Source: Lytechinus pictus (Eukaryota). Taken from it: 64,000 nucleotides of DNA. The notes under the pieces were generated by a model that saw only the letters and a program-made list of their open reading frames with translations, ran no database searches and was not told where the DNA came from. Positions 22,998 through 38,000 of this stretch are shown here, in pieces (position 1 is the first letter of the stretch; each line of letters begins with the position of its first letter). The position numbers and the translations under genes are program-made. The DNA is taken from the NCBI RefSeq assembly GCF_037042905.1, contig NC_087246.1:13454001-13518000 (forward strand). Direction: 5' to 3'.

Positions 22998-25109
22998 ATA
23001 GTGTGTTTGTGTGTGTGAGGAGAGGGCCAATGAGAAGAGATGTAGAGGGTTTCGTTATTTTGTATGACAGTAGCATGATGCTAAAAAAGAGGTAGAGAGA
23101 AAGAGAGCGCGTATAATATGAGAGGATGAGAAGGATAAGAAGAAACATTTAGAGATGAAACATAAAGCAAGATACGAGAGGTGAGGGGTGTAAAATAGGA
23201 AGGGAATTTCTTTGATTCACGTTACAGAATCAAAGTATATTAGAAAAGATATTTTCATTGAAATGAAGTTAAGAATGGTAATCACTTATTCCAATGTTAA
23301 CCATATCTAGCCCGATTGAGGAGGGGGGGGGGGGGGGCTTTCGCCCCCTCGACGTTTTTCGAAACAAATATAAAACACGAAAAGATCGCACAACGACGTT
23401 TTATGACTTTTTCCTTCAAACTTTGAGATCTAAGGGGGCTTGGCAAAAAATATCCCCACCCTCGGGCTATGCGATTTCACAATAACCTGGGCTATATAGG
23501 GTTAAGACAAGTTGCACGTAATTTCATCTTGATTTTTTTCTCCACCTTTTCCCCGGGTGGAAAATCGAAGACATAAGTTGGAAGGTCACCCTGACAATAT
23601 TTTTAATTGTAAAATTAGCAGGAAAATGATAAAAAAAGATGAAAATGTTTTTTTATTGCACGTTAAACATAAAATCTGACATTTTTTCCACCCCGCTTCT
23701 AAGGACCTAAAAAAATTATCATGAACAATTGAATTAAAATTCATGCGTTTCATATTATATAAGATATAGGGTAGCTCCTCGTATATGACGTCACATTGAA
23801 CATTTCTTTATCGTTGATGGATTTTTCGTCAAACCTTCGTCAATAATTTTACAATTTTTTTATTTAGGGTGAACTTAAAGATTTGTGTCTTTTTAGAATG
23901 ATATATCCTCTTATAATCTCCTTTCCCTTCATTTGCATCTCTTCCCCCTTCCTTTACTTCCCCTCCACTTTATTTTTTCTTCTCATTTTCTCTCTCCCCT
24001 CTCCCAGTACATACTCCTTTTATTAAGGGGGGGGGGGAGATTTTGAAATTACGGTAAAGCCCTCCCTCATCAATTCAATACAGGCATCAAAATACAGCCC
24101 CAAACTCTATATATTTTCCCCCTCTGTACAAACTTCGACATTTTATCTATTGAAGCCCCCTCCCCCCAAAAATCTATGAGGTTGCCCCTTAAAATAATCG
24201 CCCCGTATATCCTGATGTATCTGAATAATGCTCACTCTTCCCAATATCATAAGGTCTGTTGTCCGGACATCAAGCTGGTCCACCCTTCCTATAGAATGGA
24301 TTCCCTATCAGGTCATTGGTCAGTGTCCTGTCACTGTAGACCAGTCTGGACAATGGTCAAGGGTCTTTTGACTGGTCAATCATTTGATTGATAAACGTGG
24401 TTTTAAGCTAACGGGAAATCGGAAAAGATCAGAAAACTCTTTGATTCATTGACGTCTTGAAATTTATTTAGTATTCTTTTCGTATACATTTCGTATCCTT
24501 TTCAAGCCTTTAACATCTTAATTAAGGGCAAATTGGCTATCGTTACTCGATTTGGAAGTAGAATTGACAGTTGTGATGAGGCATATAGAAAAGTAGTTTT
24601 TATTCCCCGTACCTCTTCCATTTATTTATAATATGCGATTGTTTTCGCCATTCTAAAAGATTGACAGTTTAGTTTTTCATGGATATGTAAAGAGAATTCA
24701 ACATTCTTTGAAAAAGTTTGATTGCTTCAGATCCATTTGATTGGTTGCATATTATGTTTTTGAAAATCGTATCCGTAAAACATTGAAAAAATAAAGAGCT
24801 ATAAGTAATACCTTGGTCACATTTGTTCTACGGCGGCCGTACGGCGAGTCGAAAACAGCCGTTTTAACATTTTTTGTACCAGCTACATATAGGTGCTTTG
24901 GATGAAAGAGCAAGTGTGTTTGTATGTGAGGGAGGGTCATTCGAGGGACAGAGTGCGTAAAGTTGATAATTAAACGGGTGATGGTTCACTTAAAACAGTG
25001 ATACCGACTGCAGACAGACAAATGTTGTGTCATTTGAAATAGGCCGTAATGTGTTAACTTTGATCGATCATGGGTCGGTTTAGTGAGACAGTATCATAAT
25101 GATGATAAA

Positions 25110-25440
25110 AGAAATGAGAGAGAGAGAGAGAGGGGGGGGGGGGGGAGGGATAAGAAGATAAAGCGTGAGTGAAATCAAGAGAAAGAGGGAAAGAGATAGA
25201 GAAAAAGAAAGAAAGTGGAAGGAGAAGAGATAAAGAGAGAGGGAGAGCAAAATAGAGAAATTTAATTCTTAGCTCTATGCGCACTGAGCACTGTCAAGAA
25301 TAGATTTGGCGCTTTATAAGTCACATTATTATTACTGTTATTATTATTATTGTTGTTGTCATTATTACCATTGTTGTTTTTAGTATTATTATTATTATTA
25401 CAATCATCATAATTATTGTTATTATTATCATTATTATCAA
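25110..25440. repeat. GA-rich and (ATT/GTT)n microsatellite region
   Basis: Simple-sequence runs visible directly. Confidence 0.85.
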
Positions 25441-25952
25441 AAAGTAGGGGCAAAGCAAAAAGACTTGAGGGGTGGGGGGTATACGAAAAAAAATTAGCAC
25501 TTTTAAATAGCAATTCACTTCATGAGCCTTTTCTAAGACCCCCTGTGTATCATTTTTATTGTTTTATATATGCCCTCATTCATTTTACTATATACATATA
25601 TATATATATTTATTCATATCACTCCTAATTACTCCTAATTTATCCCACCATCTTAGACAATTTCCTTGGGATTGAGACTATTTATACTGTATATATTATC
25701 TTCCGTAGCCGATCATTATTATATTTCCCATATTCGGAACAGCACGTATTCAGGTATACGGTGCGCACTGATATTTTCAAGGTGCATTTATCAACAGGTG
25801 GAAGTGCCCACTTTTATCTAAGCATTATTCTATCACGAGCAACTGATCTACACTTGTCTTGTCCGTTCTTGCTGCTACCAGAGGCTTGCAAAGAAAAGAA
25901 GATTGAACACAGAAGAAGAAAAAGATCAATGATAGCGGCTTAACTTCGTGAA

Positions 25953-26046
25953 ATGATGACGACAATAATCAACCTGGTATTGGTTGCTATGATCTGCTAT
26001 TTCAGGAGAGCAGAGAGCAAAGAAATGTCTTGTGATGCTTACCCAG
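25953..26046 (+). CDS. Putative first (signal peptide) exon of the GPCR
   Basis: MMTTIINLVLVAMICYFRRAESKEMSCDAYP followed by a strong CAG|gtgag donor, phase 1. Confidence 0.6.
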
Positions 26047-29000
26047 GTGAGACTAAGAGTTATTCACACGTTGTTTCGGGGACTTATACATACTTAACAG
26101 TATAATTTATTCTTAAAGAGTTATAAAAACATGGGGAATCATTAAAAATGTTATAACGAAGTTACAAAAGACTACTTCAATAATGATGATGAAATTAATA
26201 CCAACTACTCTGCAAAGCTTACGGACCAAATGACCGAAAACGTCTGGATGCGCACCATTTTCAACAACTAATATCCTACCTATAACAACACATGATATTG
26301 CCAAAAATATGTAGACATTTTTACTATTTAAGCGGAATCAGCATTTTTTAAAAGTGTATTTGTAACGTAATGATACACTGTAAAAAATGAAGTGCTAATT
26401 TAACACATACAGTGCTTGTTTAGTGACTGCACGACGAGTGCTGATTTTCTAGTTCAAATTTAAACTAGAAAATCAGCACTCGTAGTGCAGTCACTCTACA
26501 AGCACTATAAGTGCTAAATTAGCACTTCATTTTTTACAGTGTATGAGTGGTCTAAGTGCAGTGTCTGATACTACAGCACGTTTGTGAAACCGACTCCAGA
26601 CCGACATAAGCTACGTTACGTTATTACCAATTACTATCCATCGGTCGATTCGGAGTCGGTTTCATCTGTGTGACTGCAGATCAACAGTGATTCTGAATAA
26701 GTACAATCCTTTACTATTGAATTAGACAGTTACGACATAATAATGATACATAATTATCGTTGAAGAAACCTTCAAATACTAAATGATATTTTGCCTGTTA
26801 AAGGTCGCAGCTAAAAAAAAAACGGCAACAACTCTGCAATCTGAAGCGAGGACAAAAGACGTATCACCATGATTAGACCCATGCCATGCATACATCATTT
26901 CATACTATAAAGAGTAAAAGGTAGGTTAATACACAGTTCCGTCATCATATCCCGGTGAATGGATTGTTCAGTAAACTAAACAAAGATCAACGGCAAAAAT
27001 TGACACGATTATTCTATATAGCTTCACGGGCCAATAAAAATGGAATTTATGCCATTGTAAGACTTAAATCCATGTTTGATGAAATCCGACCGATCTCAAC
27101 ACACTCCTGCCTGCTTCTAGAGCTGGAGGTTTATTTGCCATTTCTATGCAGAAAGCTCTCCTGAAATGAATTTGCTCCTGTGATCCTTGCACTTAAGCTG
27201 CCCAGCACTGCCTTTGTTATCTGAGAACACCCAAATGAATCTTATTAGCATACAGTTATTCATTTTTGATACTTTTATTTCGTTGTATCACATTCCACAA
27301 AATATACGTGTAATGTATATACATTCACCCATCTTGAATATAAACATAAAAACAAAAATACAAAATAAAAAATTTTATTAAACAAAGAAAATGGGAATCC
27401 CCCCAAAAGAGGAACCTATTAATAGCAGTCTGTAAAACGAAGGTTCCCAGAAAACATAAAAACAGTAACGCAATCAATAAAGAGAGATGAGGCAAAGGAA
27501 GAATAATATGCATAAAAAGAGATCTATAATGATAGCCACTTGAACGATGCATTTAACGTACAAACAAGCGAACGTAAAAAAAAACTTTCAGTCCAATTTG
27601 CATGATTTGAAAGAACATAATGAGGGATATTGAACTGCACCATTGGTGTCTAAACCGGCCCCCAAAACCGATCTATATGTAACTTTGGAAGGCAAAAATG
27701 GTATGAAGTAGGAAAATTTGAAAATTTTATAATCCTCGATGGTCGCATAAGAATTTATTTCTTGAGTTTTTAAGTTGATGTATGAAAATAACAGCAAAGC
27801 AATGATATAAACCTGTCACTTTCAATGGTTTGTTGAATGAAATGACGGATTTGAAAACGACATCGTCCTCACAGTTCTCTTGTGAATTTTAATCATGGAT
27901 TAGAATTTCTCTTTTTAACACTAGAGTTAAAATTCCACTATTTATATATGGTGACAATAAATTAGTAGAATACAATGATTTTTAAATATGTTGAGAAAAT
28001 GAGGTATACGTTTTATCAATGAGCGCAATATTCTTCAAGAGCAATCAACATTATTAGCGGTCAATAGGAACTTTCCTGGATAATTTACAACCAATAAAGA
28101 TTTCCAGATTTTTTGTTTACACTGAGTTAGTTCTGAAACATTACAAATCATTAAAATTTGACCTGGCGAATTACTATTTTATTTAAACTCATTTATTAAT
28201 TTGCTTGAACCAATAAGCTGCAAACAAAAGCATAATTCAGCATTTAGGACCTGATGATTGTTGTGTTAAAATGAACTCGGATCATCTGCAAAAACAAAAA
28301 GAAATGAAAGTAGAGGATGCGTCTGGAGAATTTGTGATGTATAAAATAGATAGTAACGGGCCAAACAGTAACCTTGAGATAACAATAATACGTTGGATTT
28401 CAGAATTGGAGCCATCAATGGCCACAATGGTTTTTTTTCTCATAATAGGGTAATATCTGAACCACTTCGAGGCCTTTCCACAAATTCATATATCAAGAGA
28501 ATTTATGTAAAAGCATATTAAGGTTGATCTTGTGAAAGGCCTTGGATAATTCAGAAGGATACCAGCAACATAGTATTTTCTATTATAGCCTTGTTAACTA
28601 TATTGCATATATTCACTGACGTAGACAGCAGTGGGCAAGGGGGGGGGGGGTCCCCTATTCATCCCCTTAAAATGGACTGATAAATCTGTCCCCTCCTTTT
28701 CCCAAAGACAACGGTTACACTCCGTAATTCGGAAGGTTCGTAATTCTGAAGATTCGTTATTCCGAATGTTTGTAATTCCGAAACACGTAAATTGCCTATA
28801 CCTATATAGACGTTCGTTGATCCGAAATTGAAAAGGATTCGTTAATCCGAACATTAGCGGCGTTTTTCCGAAGGTCGTTAAAATAGGGCTCGTTATTTCG
28901 AAGGTGTGTTAGTCTGAAAACGAAATAAGGTTCGTTATTCCGAAGGTTCGTTAATCCGAAAAATGAAATAATCTGTGGCAATGTCGGGGAAACCGGAAGG

Positions 29001-32000
29001 GGCAAGCGTGGTGGCGGGGGGTAGAAACACCCTTGCTGTATTATTGCTATGAGGATGTGCAGGCAGGCGCGGCGGAACGTATTTTCGTTTGGGGGGAAGC
29101 CCAAAAAGGGCACTTATATATTAAAAAGGTCATTTTGGTGATATTCTCACTATAAGATTATCATGTGCATGAAGTCGTTGTGTTATTTAAAGTAATTTCA
29201 GTTGAGCAAAGCCTTTTTGAAGTGATTTCTGATGATTATTTTAAGATTATATTTAGGTTTTTTTACGCGGTTTGGAAAAAATGTCAAATCTGAAGTTCTA
29301 AACTCGCTTTTTGCAAATTATGGGGCTAATTAGGCCCTACTATTAATCTATCCCTGCGAGATGTTGCGAGCGCTAATCGCAAGCTCAAACGTTTGGACAT
29401 TTCAATAAGAAATGAAAATTAAATATTCCAAGCAGTTCATTTTATTATGAAAAATATGTGTATCTAACTAAAGAATTAACGCCAGCGCGAAGCGCGAGCT
29501 GATGTTTTTTATATACTGACCAGGAATGGAAGCTAAAAATTTATGATATTCCAAACTGAAAACTGGACATTCTAAGCATTTTTATAGCCAGAAACAGCAT
29601 GAATACCTTACTACATAATAACTAAGGCAAGCGCGAAGCGCGAAAAAATGGTTTCCTAACATAAAGTGTATTATGTTGTACTTCAGAAAGGTTATCTAAT
29701 TTCAAAAAGGGCACATTTCATTTTTTTAAAAGGCATTGCATAATATCCTATTATTTTTGGATTACAACACCGTTTTTGTTACTAAAATAAATAAATTTCA
29801 TTTTCAGAGAAAACGCACCTTATTCATTTTCGGACTATCGACCCTTATTTCGTTTTTGGACTAACAAACCTTCAGATTAAAGAACCTTTATTTCGTTTTC
29901 GGACTAACGAACCTTTGGATTAATTAACCTTATTTCGTTTTCAGACTAACGAACTTTCCGAGTAACGAACCTTATTTCGTTTTCGGATTAACGAACCTTT
30001 AGAATTACGAATGTAACCCAAGACAACACCAACATGCGTCATGCATGTCATGTGTATGAAGGTTATTGATCATAGAACAATTAACAGAAAATATTTTTAA
30101 AAACAATTCAAGTCATAGTAGCACTTTGATCAATATTGGCCCCAATTCTGAAATCAAACGTATTACATGTTATCTCAAGTTTACTGATTGGCCTGTTGCT
30201 ATCATTTAATACACCAGCGATTTTCCAGACTCATCCTCTACTTTAATTTCTCCGTTTTTGCAGATGATTCTCCATGAAATGGATGCGGAAAAAGGTAATT
30301 GCTACGACACTTCTCGATCTGTTTTCCGTCTTTGATACGGTGAACCACAAAATTTTGTTCAACACTCTAATGTCTCTTGGTAAAGGGTAAAGCTATCGAT
30401 TGGTTTACATCATACCTGTCATGTTACTCACAAGCTGTTTTGGTAAATGACTGTCCTTCTGATTTCCTACCGTTTACCCGCGGGGTTCCGCGGGGATACG
30501 CATCCTGTTCATAATTACCAAAAAGTGCTGAATATAAATATATTCTAGCTCGCGCTACGCGCTACCAAAATTTGATCAATAGCAGGCCCACATCAAATAT
30601 TTTCAACGCTTTCTTTTCACATTGATTGTTTGTTTAGATACTCATCCAATTTAAAAAGGGTTCCTTTTTAAATTGTACAAAGAACATGAAGAATGTTCTG
30701 TTTGCAGGTCATTATCAAAAAAGGTTCAGCTTGCGCTTCGCGCTCGCACCATGCCATTCATATCGTCTTCGTGATAATCCTACATGTTTACAGAAATTGC
30801 TCAGAATTTTAGATTTTCAGGTCTGAATGCTTGAAATAACCCAAAATTTGAGCTTGCCCATTTGCGCTCGCATTATTGATTTGGGCTTCATTAAAAAAAC
30901 TTATCCCCTAAAAAAACAAAAGGCCGATGAAGTTTGTCAGCAAATCTAGTTCTGTAATAGCATTAAACCTAATCAAACTAAAACGACCGCCCTTTTTTTT
31001 TTTATATACATATCGGATAAAGAAAATCTGCTCATAATTTATTGCCTCCGACATTACTGTAATTAATTTAAAGGGTCTGGCGCTCTGACAAAGTAAAATA
31101 ATTATGAGATGCCTGCATGTTTCATTTATTAATCTATAAAAATGAGTAAAATGAAAATGCCTTCGATTGGTGATCAGGAATTCTTCCCCATTACTATGGG
31201 CACTATGAATTTACACAAGACACAAATCTGCTCATAGTTTATTGCCCCCGACATTACTGTAATTAATTTAAAGGGTCTGGCGCTCTGACAAAGTAAAATA
31301 ATTATGAGATGCCTGCATGTTTCATTTATTAATCTATAAAAATGAGTAAAATGAAAATGCCTTCGATTGGTGATCAGGAATTCTTCCCCATTACTATGGG
31401 CACTATGAATTTACACAAGACATCCAAAAAATTACGTTTTTTGTAATTAGTAATATAGTAATGTAATATATTTTTTGTAATCAGTAATATTGAAACAGAC
31501 TGACTAATACTTTGGAAGTTTTGTAACTTCCGTTTACCACAACGTGGCAACTCTATTTTCAACCCAACTTTCAAGTAAGATGTCCAAGCACTAGCGTACC
31601 TACGGGGGGGGGGGGGGGACAGAGGGGGCAGACTGCCCCCCCCTGACGAGTCACAACCCATGCAAGGGACATATCCCTGCCCCCTTGACGACCTTGACTT
31701 TTTTTTTTTTTTTGCTTGTCAAATTTTTTCTGGTACGAAATCCTTTATTTGTGGTTGAAGACTTTTTTTTTTGCTTGTCAAATTTTTGGGCGGATGAATT
31801 TGCCACCCCCTGTGGAAAATCATAGGTACGCCACTGTGTCCAAGTATAGGTCTCTATTTTTTTCTTATTCATTAACCGCTTTTATCATCAGCACTCGTAA
31901 AGAGACCTTGAAAAGATATCACTTAATACTTTATATGATTGGTAATGTAAGGCCATTTTCATAGAAAACAATTTAGTGCGCTCTTCCATTTTTTCATTTA

Positions 32001-35000
32001 AAAGGCCGGAACGGCAGTATATACGTGAGGCAGGCTTTTTTTTAAATCTTCAAATGAGATTGCTTACCGATACAATCATAGATCAAGGTTCTAAATAGTT
32101 TTCAGCGCTAAAAAAATCCTTAAAGGTGAGAAACAAAATTGCATTGTGTAGTGCGCCTTTTTGTAGGACAGTTCATTATGCTAGTGATTTTATTGCAATG
32201 TCTTGTAATGAAAAATGCAAAAGGTTTGTTGCTATCTAGTACCTTCATAGCCCCCCCCCCCTGTATTTCGTGCAAGCGACAAAGTCGACCATCCCGTGTT
32301 GGTCTTCAGCATGCCGAACGTATGCGAGTACTTTGCAGGGGCAATTTAATTGCTTATCAATATTTATTTGAAGTCATAATGGCACAAGGCGTTCAAGGCC
32401 TAATGTTTATCAATGAAGAATATTTCTTTTCTATCATGGTGACCATAATTTTTGTTTCGGGTGGAAAGCAGTAATGGAAATTAAAAAAAGGCAAGGCTGA
32501 AATGGGAGAAACATTCTGACTGAAATTACAAAGTATAACCTTGCTGGATACAATTAAATTGCTTAGTGTACTGTTGTCATGGCCAAGTATGATGTGGTAA
32601 CTGTGAATCAGGTGATCAGTGTTTCGTATATCCATTTGCCTTTTCGAGGAATACATAATATACATGTGGTTATCTCATGATGTTCCATTTACGAAATAAG
32701 AAAGGCAAACACTCTCTTATGGATAGGCATGTTTGGCAGCCCTGATATTTCGATTAAAATCACGACGAATGATATGGATATTTATTATTCATGCAAGATT
32801 TGAGGCAGTTTAAACATGTTAAAAGAGGATACACACTCTAGACACGGAAATGTTCGAACTGGTTTGAAAAGGTTGAGGAGTGACAGCGTTTTCCACCTTT
32901 TTAAAGCTCGCTGTCAATCTCGCGACCCTTTTAAGGGACTATTTACCCTTTCCACTGCTTCATTTTTAGAATGTGAAATACATTGAATTGATTGCAATTA
33001 AGAGTCTATAGCAAACAAAAAATAACAGGGACGATTGAATGTATCTCTGTACATCAATAACTGCCCTTATTTTGAAACAACATAAAATTTAATTTGTAAG
33101 AAATATATAAATTTGCAATAAAAGTTAACAAATACCCGCAATTATATCTAGAGATGTAATGAAAGTGTACATCTTGCATGGGCTATCAACCTGGGGGTCT
33201 AAGATCATTGTTTCTGGTACGGATCTTGTCCCAATTGGAGATATCTCTGTAGCAATCATAGCCGCAGCCGTAATGATTTGCTTTGTTTTTTTTTTATTGC
33301 ACCTGTGTCATGACTTGTATGTGAACAAATGGGCAAATTTGAACTGTAAAATAATAAATGAAGAATAAAATCGTGTCACGGGACTTGTCATTTTAGCCGT
33401 TTTTCGCAATTTTAGGAAGTTATATATCATTACGGGAATTTCCGTCTGAATAGAATTAAAATATCGTAAAGAGATGTGTTTCTTTTGATTGTTAATAGCT
33501 TTCGACCGCTAATCGTTCCCCATATCTCATGCCCCGGCATCAACTATTGATTGCTTTATATGTCGTTATAAAAGTCGCGATAGTTAACTACAGATAAAGC
33601 AATCACTAAGTAATGCCCGAGGTATGGTTCATTACATCATGGAACTATTAGCAGTCGTAACCTTTTAACAATTTTTAAACGCATTTTAATCTCTATCTTC
33701 CCATCTTCTTGCTTTTATGTAACCGTTTTGTTTATGTAATGAATTTGTACACCATGTGATCCATTTCAGTTCATCGCTAGCGAAGTCGTCCTATTAACAA
33801 TGTTATTAAACTCAACTTGCTTGCAATATGAAGTACACGCCTGAAAAATAGAAATATGCATTCTTACACGATAACACACACCTGATTCCTATGTGCAATT
33901 GAAATTTCGTTCCAAAAACACCGACCTACAATGTAAACACAAAAATCTTACGACTTCAACAAATTAATGCTAATAAAGCCTGATATGTGAATGACTTCAT
34001 CTGCCCCGATGCAATGAGTTTAGAGCTACTAGCTCTCCGATGATAGGGGAGGGGGGGGGGTGTCTTGAAAGAATCACCAAAATATTAGGTTGATATCGTG
34101 ATAAACGTAAACATAATAACTAAAATGCAACATCAAATTAATATAAAAACAACTACAGGTGAACTAAAGAATGAAGTGAAATAGGATATAAAAACATTGT
34201 ATAAAAACATTGAAAGTAAAACTAAAAAAAGGAAATGGAAAACATGTGATGCAATACAATAAGATGAAAATGAATTAAAAGTCACGAAATATAATAATAG
34301 TCGAAGAATTAAAAGAGAAATAGGGTGTGTCACCATCGCGATAGAGATTACAAAAGTTGCTTGTCCTACGATGGATCTATTATCAAATTCACATAATACA
34401 TCCATGGTCATATCCAGTGGCGTAACTACGGTGCCCCCCACCTCAATCGGCTGGCAAAAAAAAGGGGAAAGGAGAAAAATAGGGAGGAAGAAAGAGAAAC
34501 GTGTGGGGGAAGAAGAAATTATATTATATTTTATCATATTATACTATATTACATTACATGAGAATTTTTTTTAAATACTTTAGGAAGCATATTATTCTTA
34601 GTACCTATGTGTTTATCATTCCTGGTGCTCGCATTGTCTGCTTAATGAGATATATAACCCTGTTGTACTAAACATCCCGTTTTCAAGTCAATATATACCA
34701 AATATATTTTCTCGCACTTCGAATTAGTATTGTTTTGTGTAGCGACATAATATGTTTCTTTTTCATGACTAATTAAAGTTATTACCCCTTTTTAAGGTCT
34801 GAATATAAACAAATTTCCAGATCGTGCTTACGTTCGCCTTAGTAGATTGGTGAGATGTGTCTGCTTTTCATGAATTCCTAAAAACTGTTCCTAAAATGTC
34901 CCTTTTCTGGCCTGATCGCCTGAATATAAAAAAATTTCAGCTCGCGCTTCGCGCACGCAATATTTGATTAGTGAGATACGTATCATGTTCATGATTACAA

Positions 35001-38000
35001 TGACTGCAAACAGTGCTTCATGTGTTTAGGTTTAATTCTAACATAATGTCTCTATTAGGTCAGTATACCTGGCAATTGAGCGCGCTTCGAGCGCCCACTA
35101 AGTGACTCAAAATTTTCGCTGGTGACCCACGGTACGCCACTGGTCATATCATTTAAAATTTAACGAATTCTTGCACTCACTGAACGTGTTATAATCATTC
35201 GAACCATATCTTTATACTGTAAATGTTGTAAAGTAGTACTTACTGTCAGAGATTACTAGTATTAGGCGCATATAGGAAAGAGAATCGTTAGAAGAATAAA
35301 GACTTTCTTTTGTTAAAGATAATTACAATGATTTTCACCAGTTCAAGGGGAAGTCTACCATGACTGAATATTTCAAATGAAACAGAATAATGAGAGAAAC
35401 ACTGTCGGATCAGTGATTATATATATTTGTTTGACGTCATTCGCAAAGTGCCACACTCTCCCATCTTTCTCTCTCTCTCTCATACCTTTTTTATTTCTAT
35501 TTTTTTAACACGTGCATATACGTTGGTATCAATAATGCATTCATCATTTCTCAATTATCTAATGAAAGATGAAAGAGCAATGGAGAAAAAATGCCTTGTT
35601 CAAGGGCCGTGCCGTGAATTGAATCCCGGGCTTCTACACTGTAAAAAATGAAGTGCCAATTTAGCACTTACAGTGCATGTATATATAGTGACTGCACTAC
35701 GAGTGCTGATTTTCTAGTTCAAATTTAAACTAGAAAATCAGCACTCGTAGTGCAGTCACTATACAAGCACTGTAAGTGCTAAATAAGCTTTTCATTTTTT
35801 ACAGTGTATGGCGCCTTTGACCCCCCGGCCACGGCACCTCACACACACCCACACGCCAACACTTTAGAGTAATTGTAATAATAACCCACACTTTACACAC
35901 TATACAGTGCGTCCCAGAAAAAACGAAACAGAGATTAAGCGATGATTTATCATCACAAATACAATAGACAAGTGACCTACCAATGTAAAGCTTAGAATCT
36001 CCTCTTTCATCTGATATTACTTAGATTATTCCTCATTCACGCATGAGTGAGCAAAAACAATTTGAAGAAAGGATACCAAAAACTCATTTGGCGGGGGGTA
36101 TCTGAATTTCAAAAAGAAAATCACATGCCTAAAAAGTTCAATATCTGCTCTTTTATTTGATACCTTAATCACAAAAAATGGTCTACAAGTAAAACAGTCG
36201 GTATCCCTCTTCAAATTGTTTTTGCTCACTCTATTGTATTTGTGATTAAGTTATGATAAATCATCGATAAATCTCGGTTTCGTTTTTTGTGGGACGCACT
36301 GTACACTTAATTTTCCTATCTTCCCATTTCTCTCCATCTCGTCCACTGATCATTTCAGTTCAATGATTGATATACAGAATTCAGTGGTCTCGCACCCTCT
36401 CTCTCTCTCTTTCTCTCCCCCTCTTCCTTCATTCTCTATCATAGATCTACATACTGTATGCTTTCATAAACTTCTATGCCATGAATACCGCGCGAACTGT
36501 TCTCTAACAATAAACCTCGAAATTAAAGTAGGCCCATTTAATATAGGAATCAACGTTCAAACACATTGATACTATTCCTATCATGTACTGTATATTAGGT
36601 AATTGAGATTGACAGTTTATTGAAGTTATGGTACGCAATATTTGAAAGAGAAGCTCGTTACCTTGGATCATATTGATGGATTTGTTTCAAGCGTTGTTGA
36701 CGCCTTTCCATAATTTTCTTATTTTTATTAAAACAAAGTGCGTCAGGTTTGACTGTCATTTCCATTAAAAAAACTAATAACTGTTGGGATTCGGAAAAAT
36801 GATAACTGGAGACCGTTTCATAAAGCTGTTCGTAAGTTAAGAGCGACTTTCAGAACGACTGGTGATCCTTTCTTGTGGTTAGTGACGGTTCATCATTATG
36901 TTCATTAGTGATTATTCAGCGCGTAAGAAAGGTTCACCAGTCGTTCTTAAAGTCGCTCTTAACTTACGAACAGCTTTATGAAACACCCACCAGGTCATTA
37001 AAGGCTTCTCATCTGTCAGAGGATTATCAATATCAGTTCATTAAATTGCCTTTTATCACAAAATAACTAGGTCAGTGATCGTCAGTATAGAGAGTTGGTA
37101 AATGACGTGACATGATCATCGAGTAATATTATCTTATTACTAGAAGTGCCAGTCATCCATATCAGTGACTCTAAAATGTCAACAATTTAAGAAAAATCTA
37201 TAAATTTTTGGATGATTCGTTGACAGGCAACGGCAAAAAATGCCTGCAAAATGCACTTGCCCTATATGGAAAATATATGTTTAGGTATATCAGGTTTTAT
37301 CAGATTCAGTAAAATGACATATGAAAACAATTGTGTCATTATGTATATTTACTGTCCCGGAAGAAGCAAACACTTGTTTTCATCATAAAAGTCTTCAATT
37401 CTTTTACGAGAAGGGCAATTCAGAGGAGTCTAAAAACAAGATATGGTAAATGGTGGTGATGTTTTACCTGATTTCTAAGAAAGCATGAATGCTTGTAAGC
37501 AAGCAACCCGAGGACCGACCGCTTAGGGTCCTCTCCGACGGACCGATATTTCTCATTTCCTTCAGATCTTACATAACTTACTTGACACTGGTTATTTACC
37601 CTTCACCCTACATTTTAAACACTATATCATTGACTTTGCATTTCGTGTATTCATTTTTTTCATGTTTTCTTTATAAATCTAACTTAATTCCTGACATCTT
37701 GAGAACTTAATCACGGACGGTGTTTTCCTTGAACAGGTCTGAATGTGCGATTATCAACCGGCAACAATATGCGTGAAGGGATCGTAGAGGTTTGTGTAAA
37801 CGGGACCCGTGGACACATTTGCGGTGCATCCTGGGAGAAAGCTGATGCTGATGTAGTCTGCTCAAGTCTTGGTTTTACCAGGGCGCGAAGAGCATTTAGC
37901 TTTTATAGAGACGCGCCGACTGAACCAGTCAGCGACGAGATGGTTCTTTATGACGTGACATGCACCGGAGATGAATCCACTTTGTTTGAATGCTCGTATG

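Noticed and set aside
28248-28453. Possible extra GPCR exon (GPDDCCVKMNSDH...)
   Set aside because: In phase with exon 1, but the acceptor lacks a polypyrimidine tract and there is no convincing donor or domain similarity.
35585-35845. tRNA gene
   Set aside because: Degenerate, interrupted by a MITE, with no complete cloverleaf; better explained as a SINE head.
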